A DNA stretch of 64,000 nucleotides, from contig CBDCWC010000002.1 in NCBI GenBank assembly GCA_965223295.1, positions 192,001-256,000 on the forward strand, written 5' to 3'. Source of the stretch: Nitrospirales bacterium. Lineage in GTDB: Bacteria; Nitrospirota; Nitrospiria; Nitrospirales; UBA8639. Below the pieces are notes generated by a model, which was not told the DNA's origin, ran no database searches, and was given only the letters and a program-made list of their open reading frames with translations. Positions within the stretch are counted from its first letter, which is position 1, and each line of letters begins with the position of its first letter. Of this stretch, positions 50,598-59,827 are shown piece after piece. A program made the position numbers and the translations under genes.

Positions 50598-52232
50598 TCA
50601 AAAGCTGCCAGCTTGGACGACATCGTCGAGATTGTTGATATCCAACCAGTGGCCGACAGTATAGAGGACGCGAATAGGCTGATGTTGTCTTAGTAACTCC
50701 TGAAACAAAGTTGCCATGCCGGCTTTCTGGTTCTCTGGCGCACTTAAGAGTCTAGGAAGCAGTTCTTGTAACTGTATGGTTCCCGATGCTGAAACCTTGA
50801 GAAAGCCCATCCAGACGCCATGGATATTATCAGGGTGGATGTGGGTACCGAGTTGCTTGAGGTGAATAGGAGTCTTGAATGCTTTGCGGGAATTGGGCGC
50901 GGTGCATTCAGCAAATCCTCCTAGACGGGTATAGCTAGTTTTTTCTTGCCAGTTGCTATCGACAAAAATGACGAAGTCGCCTTTAGCTTGCAAGAGTGCT
51001 TGTGGAATATATGAGTTAAACAATACATCGCCATAGGAGACGATGAGGTCTTGTGTGTGACATGTCTTGGCTTCGAGTGCCTTCAACAGGGAATCGAGTT
51101 CGCCTGTTGACGAAAAATCATCATTATCCACATAGGTTAAATGAGGCAGATTGACGGCTTCTTTTTTATATCCACGAACGACACAGATATCTTTTATCCC
51201 AACCGTATTATACGCATCCATAATGTGTCCCAGAATGGGGACTCCTCGAATGGGCACCATGGTTTTAGGTTTATCGTTCGTTAGTTCGCCCAACTCATCT
51301 CCACGGGAAGCGGCCAACACAATTGCAGAAGCACGCTCTGTACCCTTAGGAAGATAGCGTTGTTCGGCTTCTTGTAGATCTGCGGCGCCTTGCAAGCGAA
51401 AGACTTCGGCGACGGGAACGATCTTGTCTTCCACCGAGAGCAGGTTTTCCTGTTCTCGAAGAATACGGGCAGTGGATTGCATGGTCGCAATTGCCGCACG
51501 GAGGAGATGATTCGCCCAAATCACCATTGAGATGTTTTGCTGTCGAAAGACATCCATCGGTGTGGAGTAATATTTGGTTGGTACAATCACCACCGGGCAA
51601 CGGTCAGCCCATTCCCGTTTGAAGGCCAGTATCTCATCAGGTATGGTCAATGCACTATGTATCAAGATTCCGTCGGCTCCTGCTTGATGATAGGCTTCTG
51701 CCCGACGAATGGCTTCGGCTAGTCCCCAACCACAAATAAATGCTTCGATGCGCGCAATGAGACAGAAATCCGTGTCCGACTGCGCATCTTTTCCGGCTTT
51801 AATCTTTCCACAGAATTCTTCCATGTTGGCAAGAGGTTGTGCCTCGCCTTGAAGAAAGCTATTGGTTTTGGGAAATAACTTATCTTCAATGCAGACGGCT
51901 GCAATGTCCCGCTGCTCTAATTTCCGGATGAGACGCTGCATATTGTTGAAGTTGCCATAGCCGGTATCACCATCAAGTAAGATAGGAATACAAGTTGCGT
52001 CGGACATAAATTCCAGATTGTCCAAGACCTGGGTCCAGCTGGCTTCGTTGTTGTCCCGTACCCCAAACTGTGCAGAAATAGACAACCCGCTTGCCCAAAT
52101 CCCTTCAAATCCGGCCTCTTCCACAATTTTGGCACTGAGACCGTTGTGGGCTTCGCAAAGAAACTCGAGTTGTGGGGACAAAAGGAGTTGTTTGAATTGC
52201 TTAGACTTTGATGGTTGTCGTTCGCTTGGCAT
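50598..52232 (-). CDS. pepM: Phosphoenolpyruvate mutase fused to a C-terminal nucleotidyl(cytidylyl)transferase domain
   Basis: PepM signature [10 protein letters not shown] (EDKx5NS), [19 protein letters not shown]...PKTM NTP-transferase motif. Confidence 0.93.
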   Translation of the reverse strand: MPSERQPSKSKQFKQLLLSPQLEFLCEAHNGLSAKIVEEAGFEGIWASGLSISAQFGVRDNNEASWTQVLDNLEFMSDATCIPILLDGDTGYGNFNNMQRLIRKLEQRDIAAVCIEDKLFPKTNSFLQGEAQPLANMEEFCGKIKAGKDAQSDTDFCLIARIEAFICGWGLAEAIRRAEAYHQAGADGILIHSALTIPDEILAFKREWADRCPVVIVPTKYYSTPMDVFRQQNISMVIWANHLLRAAIATMQSTARILREQENLLSVEDKIVPVAEVFRLQGAADLQEAEQRYLPKGTERASAIVLAASRGDELGELTNDKPKTMVPIRGVPILGHIMDAYNTVGIKDICVVRGYKKEAVNLPHLTYVDNDDFSSTGELDSLLKALEAKTCHTQDLIVSYGDVLFNSYIPQALLQAKGDFVIFVDSNWQEKTSYTRLGGFAECTAPNSRKAFKTPIHLKQLGTHIHPDNIHGVWMGFLKVSASGTIQLQELLPRLLSAPENQKAGMATLFQELLRQHQPIRVLYTVGHWLDINNLDDVVQAGSF

Positions 52233-52331
52233 AAGTTAGAGAAGCAGAGTAAGCGTCAGATCGTGAGAAAACGTGCACAAGTCTACAGCAAGGCGAATCT
52301 TGCTGCCAAATTCTTTCACCGGATGAGAAAA

Positions 52332-52523
52332 TGGAGTGTTGAATAATGAAGATATCAAAGGCCATATTTCGCCAGGAAGCCCTTGGCGATCAACAACGTC
52401 GGGTCGGTTCCAAAAAGTCCATCCAGCAAGGCCGTAGTCATTTTTGCGCGCGGAGCGTACTGGCATTATGTGAGCACGGAATAAATGGCGAGAAGTCCGC
52501 TGGCGGGTTTTTTCAACAGACCC
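52332..52523 (+). mobile_element. MITE family A copy
   Basis: Full-length; perfect TSD GAAAA. Confidence 0.93.
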
Positions 52524-52635
52524 GAAAATGGCATGGAGAAGTACGAGGTAGTCTTAGAGACGGGTCTGCGAAGAGAGACTTGGAAAGCAAGGACATCATT
52601 CTTAGGTGATGACCTTGCCCGCGACAACCAATGGG

Positions 52636-52917
52636 TTATGGCGTACGGCTGGTGATTTCAAGGAGGTGATAGCCGAACTGGGTTTTGACTGGTCCATGGA
52701 CTTTTCCGAGTTCGCCACTAAAGACTACTTCGTCAAATTCCTTCACCATTTGGCCTGGGCCGAACTCTCCCAGATCTCCACCTTGTTTGCCGGAAGGACA
52801 GGTCGAATGTTCTTTGGCTGCAGCGGCAAAATCTCCTCCGCCTTCAATTTCCGTTTTTAACTTGTTACAGGCTTCTTCGGTGGACACTAAAATGTGGCGT
52901 GCTCGTGCTTTGGACAT
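52636..52917 (-). CDS. ppiC: Parvulin peptidyl-prolyl isomerase
   Basis: ARHILV, HSTCPSGKQGGDLG, QMVKEFD, KTQFGYHL. Confidence 0.95.
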   Translation of the reverse strand: MSKARARHILVSTEEACNKLKTEIEGGGDFAAAAKEHSTCPSGKQGGDLGEFGPGQMVKEFDEVVFSGELGKVHGPVKTQFGYHLLEITSRTP

Positions 52918-53082
52918 GGATGTTCTCCTTTACGTCTCGAAAGATGGACCAGCGCCTTTTTCGCATGAATGGTCTCTTGAGGTCAAATTTTTCTCAAGCG
53001 CATTATTTTGTTTCAACTAAACGTTGGCTCTTCAGTCACGTTTGAGCTGGTTCGGGCTGAATGCTCTTGATGGGGTGACGGC

Positions 53083-53499
53083 CTAGTTCTTGGGATTCAT
53101 CGCCAAATAATCACAAATAAAATCAAAGACTAGTGCATCAACATTGTCGAAGATAGTTTTAACGCCGCCAGTTGTCACGACTCCTTGCTCCCATGTGCTA
53201 GCATGTCCTTTGGCGGAACGATGTACGAGGTTCACGAGTTGGTGGACTTCAAGGTCAATCCCGCAGGCATAACGTTTTGGTCCCAAGGGGATAGCCGCTA
53301 CATTAAGATAAAGATATGGCTCGCCGGGCAACTTCGCCGCTTCGAGCTTTTTGACTAGACGGATGCCTGCTGTCAACAGTTGCATCTCGATGCGTTTGCG
53401 TAAGGCCGTCCTTGTGATGACCCCCTTTAATTCCGGCCCGAGGTCTTCGATGACCACATAGATGCCGGGTATCCCGATGAGTGATTTTTTCCTCAGCAT
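53083..53499 (-). CDS. Hypothetical protein
   Basis: 138-aa ORF with AAGGAG RBS and a plausible alpha/beta pattern. Confidence 0.65.
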   Translation of the reverse strand: MLRKKSLIGIPGIYVVIEDLGPELKGVITRTALRKRIEMQLLTAGIRLVKKLEAAKLPGEPYLYLNVAAIPLGPKRYACGIDLEVHQLVNLVHRSAKGHASTWEQGVVTTGGVKTIFDNVDALVFDFICDYLAMNPKN

Positions 53500-53685
53500 A
53501 CAATCATTGGTCTCCTTCTATTTGGTGAGTACTCACATCCAATTTTCTGTAGGGTCAGGAATTACTGTCAAATTCTCTAGCCGATGGCTTGAAAACTTGA
53601 TCCCAGATAATGGCGCAATTTTGGAAGGTTTACGGCTATTTGTCAATTTAAACCAGAGCTTGAAGGTGGCGCTTATCGTGGTGTG

Positions 53686-55050
53686 TCATGAGTTCGGAAA
53701 ACAGCGGGCAAAGGCCTGGAGAAATTTCAGTGAACCTTTGATTCGAATTTTCCCTGTGAACAAGGCCCATAGCAAATTGCGTTCTTTCGCTAAAAATTTT
53801 AGCCAGGTTTGGCTGTCGGCTGTCAGGCGGAGGTTGGCTTCTTTCTGGAGTCCTTTCAAAGCTGTTAAGGTCTGATTCTGAATGATAATGGTTGCTTCTT
53901 CCGTCTCTTGCCCAACAAAACAGAAATGATAAACCGCATCGAGTCCTTTGGATTTTTCTCGTTGAAATACCAAAGGTAAGCCATCAAGAAAACCTTGAAT
54001 GGAACGCGGCCGCAAGCTGTTGCTGACATGTTTGATAGGTTTGTGCGGATAGCGTTGTTTTCCATAAATCTCTGCATCCGAGCCAGGAAGGACGTACAAG
54101 ACTTCTTTCTTGCGCTGCAACGGTTTGACGAGGTCTCTCACAAACTTCTTTCGATTTATGGAAAATGGCTGAATGACATCATCGCCAGCCGGACAAACGG
54201 CCATACAGTAGGCAGCCTTGTAATTAGCCCCAAACGAAAGACTTTGCCACATCGAGGCTGATTCTGCGTCGGGCACCTTCTGGCGATATTTTTTCGCTGA
54301 TCGGCTGTCGGCAATATTCCCCACCCAGTCGGTAAACCCACCCATAAATTCTCGATAATTATGGGTGTAGCAGGCTGAAAAATTAAAATATCCGCTAGAA
54401 CTTATCGCGCCCACAGGGCAGGCGGCCACACACAACTTACATTCCATGCAAGGGTTATAGTTAATGGGCGTGCTCGTGCTGGACACTTCGGTATCTATTA
54501 AAACGGTCCCCAGTAAAATAAAATTTCCAAATTTGGGATGAATGACATTACGATGAATACCCATCTGTCCTAGTCCAGCAGCCACAGCCACGGTTTTATG
54601 TGAGACCACCCAAATCTTTCCTGGAAAACGATCTATCTCCATCGGAAAGCCCATTGCGGGATTGAGTGCACGAATGCCTCGGATTTCAAGCTGCTGCACA
54701 ATACTTCGAGCCACTTCATTGACGTACTCTCCGGTATGATGAAATTCAAGGTTCGCGACTGAACGTTGAGGGCTTCGGATGGGCTCACGATTCATGCGAA
54801 CGACAAAACTAATGAGAGTTTTTGTGTGAGGAAAAGTTGCAAGAACATCCTCTCGGTCGTTCTCGAGAGCAGGTTGATTAATTGTGACGAATCCTACATC
54901 GTCAGCTCCACTTGCGACGCACAACTGGCGAAGCCAGTTTGAATCGAGCTTTGAAGGTATTTCATCTGTGAGATGCACCTGTGCAGGATCTGTCTGAGAA
55001 ACAATAGAAACATTTGTAGCAATTGGAAGTTCGTTGGTGCGTGGCATCAT
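53686..55050 (-). CDS. QueG/reductive-dehalogenase-like 4Fe-4S protein with C-terminal SCP2 sterol-carrier domain
   Basis: GADDVGF, SHKTVAVAAGLG..G, HPKFG, CMECKLCVAACP, CMAVCP; C-terminal ALFTGKIRIKG. Confidence 0.82.
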   Translation of the reverse strand: MMPRTNELPIATNVSIVSQTDPAQVHLTDEIPSKLDSNWLRQLCVASGADDVGFVTINQPALENDREDVLATFPHTKTLISFVVRMNREPIRSPQRSVANLEFHHTGEYVNEVARSIVQQLEIRGIRALNPAMGFPMEIDRFPGKIWVVSHKTVAVAAGLGQMGIHRNVIHPKFGNFILLGTVLIDTEVSSTSTPINYNPCMECKLCVAACPVGAISSSGYFNFSACYTHNYREFMGGFTDWVGNIADSRSAKKYRQKVPDAESASMWQSLSFGANYKAAYCMAVCPAGDDVIQPFSINRKKFVRDLVKPLQRKKEVLYVLPGSDAEIYGKQRYPHKPIKHVSNSLRPRSIQGFLDGLPLVFQREKSKGLDAVYHFCFVGQETEEATIIIQNQTLTALKGLQKEANLRLTADSQTWLKFLAKERNLLWALFTGKIRIKGSLKFLQAFARCFPNS

Positions 55051-55061
55051 GCCCTCATTTA

Positions 55062-55077
55062 AAGTGTATATACACTT
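55062..55077. promoter_or_regulatory. Putative MarR operator
   Basis: Perfect palindrome AAGTGTATATACACTT; 13/16 match at 55552-55567 upstream of marR. Confidence 0.7.
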
Positions 55078-55089
55078 AATTAGAAAAAA

Positions 55090-55548
55090 CTATTCAACTA
55101 GCGTTAGTTCCTGAGTGTAAGAAAGGTCCTTCATAAGCCTCTCGACGCGATGGTGCCCAAGATCGTTCATGACATATTGTTGAACGGCTTTCCACAGGGG
55201 GAGTGCTTCAGAAAGGACCTTCTGGCCTGCCAAAGTTAACGTCACTTCCCGCTCTCGTCGATCTTCTTTCCCCGGGATAATTCGTATAAATCCTTGCTTT
55301 TCCAATGGTTTTATATTCCTTGAAAGAGTTGTTCGGTCCATAACCAAGCTTTTGGCCAAACTGTTGATTGTAGCGGTTCCCATGATGCGGGTGGCGACTA
55401 ACAGGCTGAATTGTGTGGCGCGAAGTCTGGTTGGTCGGAGCGCCTCTTCATAAAGTTGGGTAATCACTCGTGCGGACTTGCGAATATTGAAACAGATGCA
55501 CTCTTGAGCCGGTTCAAGATATTGAGTGAATTGTGTCCGTTTAGACAT
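55090..55548 (-). CDS. MarR family regulator
   Basis: CICFNIRKSAR, TQFSLL, MDRTTLSRN, DRRER. Confidence 0.92.
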   Translation of the reverse strand: MSKRTQFTQYLEPAQECICFNIRKSARVITQLYEEALRPTRLRATQFSLLVATRIMGTATINSLAKSLVMDRTTLSRNIKPLEKQGFIRIIPGKEDRREREVTLTLAGQKVLSEALPLWKAVQQYVMNDLGHHRVERLMKDLSYTQELTLVE

Positions 55549-55654
55549 AATAAGAGCATATACACATAAATTTTCTCTGTCAAGATTTCTCTGAAAAGAA
55601 AATGTGAAGAAGCTATCTTGTATGAAGATGGAAGTCTGTAACGTCGAATGTTTT

Positions 55655-56467
55655 TTACAGAATTAGATCTTTCGTTTTCTTTTCAGGAAAGCCAAGTTCT
55701 TGAGCGAGTTGGTGGAGATCGTTGATGCGTTGTTGGAGTTGGGGATGGCTGTCAAAATAGTGTGCGAGTTCAAAGTCAGAATTTCCTTCCTGAGATTTAA
55801 GGCTTTCAAATAATTCTGTGGCGCCGCCGACATGTCCAAAGTGGCATTGGAGAGCCTGCAGGGCCGTCCGGTCAGCTTGGCTTTCGCGGGTTTGAGAATA
55901 TTTAGCGGTTCGTAGGTTAATTGTCGAGGCCAGGATATCGGAAAATCCTGAATCTCCTCCAAATGCCAACATGGCGAGGATACTGAGGACAATGCCTCTT
56001 CCCAATAATCGCAAGTGGTCACGGTTTTGAAAATGGCCTAACTCATGGGCCAAAACAAACATCAGGCCATTGGTGGACGAGACGGCATCTAGAAGGCCGG
56101 AAAAGATGAGCATTTTTCCACCTGGGACGGCCATAGCATTGACCAGATCTGATTTCACGAGGCTGACGGTAATGGGGTAGGGAAGGGACAGACAAGGGTG
56201 AAAGGCATCGACAAAGCCTTGAAGTTGAGCCTGCTCTTTGGGCATCGACTCATCCCCAAAGTCCCAATCAATGTTGATTTTCGAATGGAGTTGAGCTTCT
56301 TGCTCTGGGGAGAGATAATTCACCGCGATATCGACCGCGAACCCTAGAGCCCAGTATCCGAGGAGGACGACAAGCACCCCGCCAGCTATGAGCAAGAAAA
56401 ACTCTCGCACGGGTTGTTGGTGCGAGACATTGTCGTTGTGTTCAGGAAGAGAGGGTTGGTATTTCAC
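55655..56467 (-). CDS. M48 family metallopeptidase
   Basis: NAMAVPGG, HELGH, ESQAD, SHP. Confidence 0.9.
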   Translation of the reverse strand: MKYQPSLPEHNDNVSHQQPVREFFLLIAGGVLVVLLGYWALGFAVDIAVNYLSPEQEAQLHSKINIDWDFGDESMPKEQAQLQGFVDAFHPCLSLPYPITVSLVKSDLVNAMAVPGGKMLIFSGLLDAVSSTNGLMFVLAHELGHFQNRDHLRLLGRGIVLSILAMLAFGGDSGFSDILASTINLRTAKYSQTRESQADRTALQALQCHFGHVGGATELFESLKSQEGNSDFELAHYFDSHPQLQQRINDLHQLAQELGFPEKKTKDLIL

Positions 56468-56931
56468 AAAGAAGGATTGTGGGGCGATCGTTGAAAAGAA
56501 ATCGCAGTGCCGTAGGCCAAGACTTCGACCGAGCCAATCCGGTCACCACTCCCTTTATAAATGGACGACGTTTCAATACGGAGATTGAGGATTTGATCGG
56601 CAGTGGGGCAACTTTCTTTCATACGGAGAATCGCTTCGCGTCGGGCTCGATCAAGCAGAGTTTCGTAGGCTTGAACGGTTCCGCCAAACAAATTTCGTAA
56701 TCCGGCCAGAATTTGCTTGAAGTAATCTACCGAAATCACGACGTGGCCGTGAACTAATTCGGCATGGTGAATAGGAGAATCATTCCCGACGGGTTTTTTG
56801 CTTGAGACGGTGGGTAATCTGACCAGAGCCTGCTCTCTGGCCCGAATGGATCGGTAATGGCGGCTCTCGGCCATTTTTCCAAACACATAGCCCAGCGAGA
56901 GTAGGATGAGAAAAAAGATCAGGTTTTCCAT
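56464..56931 (-). CDS. YbjQ/UPF0145 family protein with N-terminal TM
   Basis: RNLFGG..YETLLDRARREA.LRM, AYGTA. Confidence 0.88.
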   Translation of the reverse strand: MENLIFFLILLSLGYVFGKMAESRHYRSIRAREQALVRLPTVSSKKPVGNDSPIHHAELVHGHVVISVDYFKQILAGLRNLFGGTVQAYETLLDRARREAILRMKESCPTADQILNLRIETSSIYKGSGDRIGSVEVLAYGTAISFQRSPHNPSL

Positions 56932-56936
56932 GTTTC

Positions 56937-57251
56937 TTATTCCACGGTTACGGCGGTGCCGTAGACATAAATTTCAGCGGCTCCTGCTGCCACAGATGAG
57001 GTTGAAAAACGGACATTGACAATAGCATTGGCGCCTAATTGTTGAGCTTGGGCTTTCATCCGATCCAAGGCCTCATCTCGAGATTCACCGAGCAGTTCGG
57101 TATAGCCTTTCAGTTCTCCCCCAAATATATTTTTAATGCTAGCGAAAATATCACGGCCAACATGTTTGGCTCGAACCGTACTGCCTGACACAATGCCATA
57201 GCAGGTGGTAATCGTTTTGCCTGGTATTTCTTCAATATTGCTGACGAACAT
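56937..57251 (-). CDS. ybjQ: YbjQ/UPF0145 family protein
   Basis: GSTVRAKHVGRD, GGELKGYTELL, GANAIVNVRF, YGTAV. Confidence 0.92.
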   Translation of the reverse strand: MFVSNIEEIPGKTITTCYGIVSGSTVRAKHVGRDIFASIKNIFGGELKGYTELLGESRDEALDRMKAQAQQLGANAIVNVRFSTSSVAAGAAEIYVYGTAVTVE

Positions 57252-57546
57252 GGCTCCTCCTTACCTGATAGCCCAGCACCAAGAAAAAGACTGAGAATCC
57301 AATGCCTACTAGTATATCAGTCTTTGAAAAATGTTTCCCCATACCGACATATATCGGAAAACACAATGTCAGACTAGAGTGATCGGGTTTTGAAAATATA
57401 TGTTCAAGAGGCAGCAGTGGATAAATCGACTTTCAGGATGTTGGACTCTGGCCCCAGAGAATCCATACTATAGCGGTAACATTATGAAAAAGAGAGGCCT
57501 ATTTCATCGCGATGGGCAAGAGAGGTAACCGCTTTCCTAGGAGGTT

Positions 57547-57942
57547 GTGATGTTTGGACCTATTACGATTCCTTTTGGAACGAAAATGTTGTTCAACACG
57601 GTGAAACTAAAGCCCGGTGTCGAGTTTGATCAGTTAGAAATGGCGGTGGGAGAAATGTGTATGGTGGTCAAGCAGACGTACGGCGGAGACAAAGGCGGGT
57701 TTATCGCTGGACAAGTGTTTAAATTCTCGGGATTTGTCTCCCTTGAAGGCTCAATGAATCCCGCACAGACTGCGGACGAACATTACGTCATTGTTACCTA
57801 TTGGAAATCATTCAAGGATCACGAACGCTCTCATGCCGACGAGGTATTTCATAAGACGTTTTCCGCAGTCGCTGAAATGTGCACGGATACGATGGAATTG
57901 GGCTATGACATGCTCTGGCAAGGCGAGGCCAAGGCTTCTTAA
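57547..57942 (+). CDS. Dimeric alpha+beta barrel (ABM-like) protein
   Basis: VTYWKSFKDHERSH motif; AGGAGG RBS. Confidence 0.65.
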   Translation: MMFGPITIPFGTKMLFNTVKLKPGVEFDQLEMAVGEMCMVVKQTYGGDKGGFIAGQVFKFSGFVSLEGSMNPAQTADEHYVIVTYWKSFKDHERSHADEVFHKTFSAVAEMCTDTMELGYDMLWQGEAKAS

Positions 57943-57970
57943 GCCGTAGGTTGAAAAAAGCGTATCTTTT

Positions 57971-58459
57971 TTATTTGTTGCCACAGCATTTTTTATATTT
58001 TTTGCCGCTGCCGCAGGGGCAGGGGGCATTGCGGCCCACTTTAGGTTGGCTGCGCACGACGGGTGTCTTTGTCGGATCACTCGCATCTACGAAGTACCAT
58101 TTCCCGTTTTCTTTGCGAAAGAGGCTTCGTTCATGGTGCTCTTGAATCCCCTCGTCGGTTTCAAATTTGGCTGTAAAGGTGACGCTGCCAACTTCATCTT
58201 CCGCACCACCTTGTTGGGTTTCTAAAATTTCCAAGCCTGTCCACTTGGTAGATTCGGCCCATTTTCGATTGGCCTCCATGTCGGTTTGGTCACGCGTTTT
58301 GGGATCGTGGGTCTTTTCAATATAGTCCATTTCCACTTGGGTATAGGCCGTGTATCTGGAACGCATCAGTTGCTCGGCCGTCTCCGCTTCTTTCGCGCCA
58401 CTGATAAATGGTTCGCAGCATTTACTATAGGTTTCCCCACTTTCACACGGACATCGCAT
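57971..58459 (-). CDS. ychJ: YchJ family SEC-C motif protein
   Basis: [46 protein letters not shown]. Confidence 0.93.
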   Translation of the reverse strand: MRCPCESGETYSKCCEPFISGAKEAETAEQLMRSRYTAYTQVEMDYIEKTHDPKTRDQTDMEANRKWAESTKWTGLEILETQQGGAEDEVGSVTFTAKFETDEGIQEHHERSLFRKENGKWYFVDASDPTKTPVVRSQPKVGRNAPCPCGSGKKYKKCCGNK

Positions 58460-58540
58460 GTTGACTCCTCTGAGGTAATTGGGATGATGTTGTGTTTTTT
58501 TACGTTGTCTGTGCTGAAAAAGTCAAAACCCTTGTGAATA

Positions 58541-58612
58541 GGGGTCAGACTCGAATTAAATTTTCGCGTAGTCAATGATCGCCCATGTTAAATTTAATTC
58601 GAGTCTGACTCC
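58541..58612. repeat. Palindromic repeat family C, copy 3
   Basis: GGGGTCAGACTCGAATTAAATTT...AAATTTAATTCGAGTCTGACTCC. Confidence 0.9.
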
Positions 58613-58685
58613 TTATTGCAGGGTTGTTGTATCTCCTCAAATTGCCATGGGCTGTCTTTACAGCCAGAGAGGAGAAGAGGAAACA

Positions 58686-59042
58686 CTAATTGTCGCCTGT
58701 GTATACTTTTGAAGGATTATGTGGTCCAGATTCTGTTTCTGCATAAAATTTTCTACCCGTTGCATCAATTATTAGCAACCCATCACCCAAGCCCATGTGT
58801 TTTTCAGCTAGTGCCCAGGTTGTTTCTTCAAGTTTATTCCCTGATAGCCTCAAGCATTGGTCTTCAGGTTGGTAGGTTATAGATCCTCCGGTATATTTTG
58901 AACTGAAGATTTTCTCGATTTCGTGACAAATTCGAGCATGGAGATCTCCGGGTTTCTTTTTCGCTTCATGCATGAATCTTTCTCGAAAGTGTTTTTCTAC
59001 GAATTGTTTTGTGAAATCTCTTATTATCTGGTTTTTATCCAT
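58686..59042 (-). CDS. Hypothetical protein
   Basis: 118-aa AT-rich ORF with ATG start. Confidence 0.55.
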   Translation of the reverse strand: MDKNQIIRDFTKQFVEKHFRERFMHEAKKKPGDLHARICHEIEKIFSSKYTGGSITYQPEDQCLRLSGNKLEETTWALAEKHMGLGDGLLIIDATGRKFYAETESGPHNPSKVYTGDN

Positions 59043-59104
59043 AACGCTTAACCATACTTAAGCTATTTATGAAGTTTTAAGGATTTTCTCAATCGAAAAA
59101 TACC

Positions 59105-59248
59105 ATGTTTTAAACCAGATTCTGGGCAGAGTATAAGCCAACGGAGGCCACCAGTGAGAGCAGTGGCAGCGGAGAGGCTGAGGGTGACGGGCCAACCGTG
59201 ACGGGTCATGATAAGGGACGCGTTTGGGGGAGGATAGAGTATCCCCAT
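59105..59248 (-). pseudogene. Degenerate duplicate of the 3' end of the MFS gene
   Basis: HGWPVTLSLSAATALTGGLRWLILCPESG aligns with MFS YGWPVALGLAAGIALIGSLCWFMIRPGQG. Confidence 0.75.
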
Positions 59249-59289
59249 TCATGAGAATTTCTCTTTGCCTTACGGTTGCTAAAAAAATG

Positions 59290-59559
59290 TTACGTATTGT
59301 TTTTTGCTTTGAGGGGAAATTGGGTAGGGTGTTTGATGCTCTCAATTCCCAAGTCTATGTCCAAGTCTGGCCAATAGTAATGGCCTGGTGTAGGTTCTTC
59401 TACATTTAAAATTTTCCCGACTGGGGCTTCTTTAAACCATGGGAAATCCTGGTATGAAAGGAAGAGTTCTTCTTCATTCGTGAATAACCATAATCCATGA
59501 GAGGAAATATTTGTGACTTCAAGTTCTGAAGTGGTTTTTCCAGGCGTTGACGAACTCAT
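59290..59559 (-). CDS. DUF2442 family protein (putative antitoxin)
   Basis: EVTNISSHGLWL, FPWFK, YWPDLDIDL. Confidence 0.88.
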   Translation of the reverse strand: MSSSTPGKTTSELEVTNISSHGLWLFTNEEELFLSYQDFPWFKEAPVGKILNVEEPTPGHYYWPDLDIDLGIESIKHPTQFPLKAKNNT

Positions 59560-59757
59560 GGTGGTGCTCCTTTATCAGTTGCTCAATTTCTCGAAGATGC
59601 GAACCTGATAATGAATAATTGTGGGCCAATTGAATTTCAGGTTCAAGCCAAAACTTTGCTTCCCCATCTCCGCAATGTACGTGAATGTCATTCGTTCTTC
59701 TTCGCGAGAAAAGAAGAAAAAGCGAAACCCTCGAATTTTGAGTACTGTTGGACTCAT
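59519..59757 (-). pseudogene. DUF4160 family protein (putative toxin), frameshifted near 59688
   Basis: MSPTV..GFRFFFFSREE; one added base restores RMHIHVHCGDGEAKFWLEP...AWKNHF. Confidence 0.8.
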
Positions 59758-59827
59758 CAAGTTAGTGTAGCATGGGTTATCGGAATTTTCTTTTGGATCT
59801 GAAGGAAATAAGCTTCAAGTTTCTGTC

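Noticed and set aside
50379-52523. Composite transposon that delivered pepM
   Set aside because: Each MITE has its own distinct TSD, and the outer flanks GGAAG/GAAAA differ.
19955-52609. Recurrent short ORFs starting MKISKAIFR / MLNNEDIK (19945, 19955, 24514, 26612, 36701, 50393, 52346)
   Set aside because: They are translations of MITE-A; frames and lengths are not conserved between copies.
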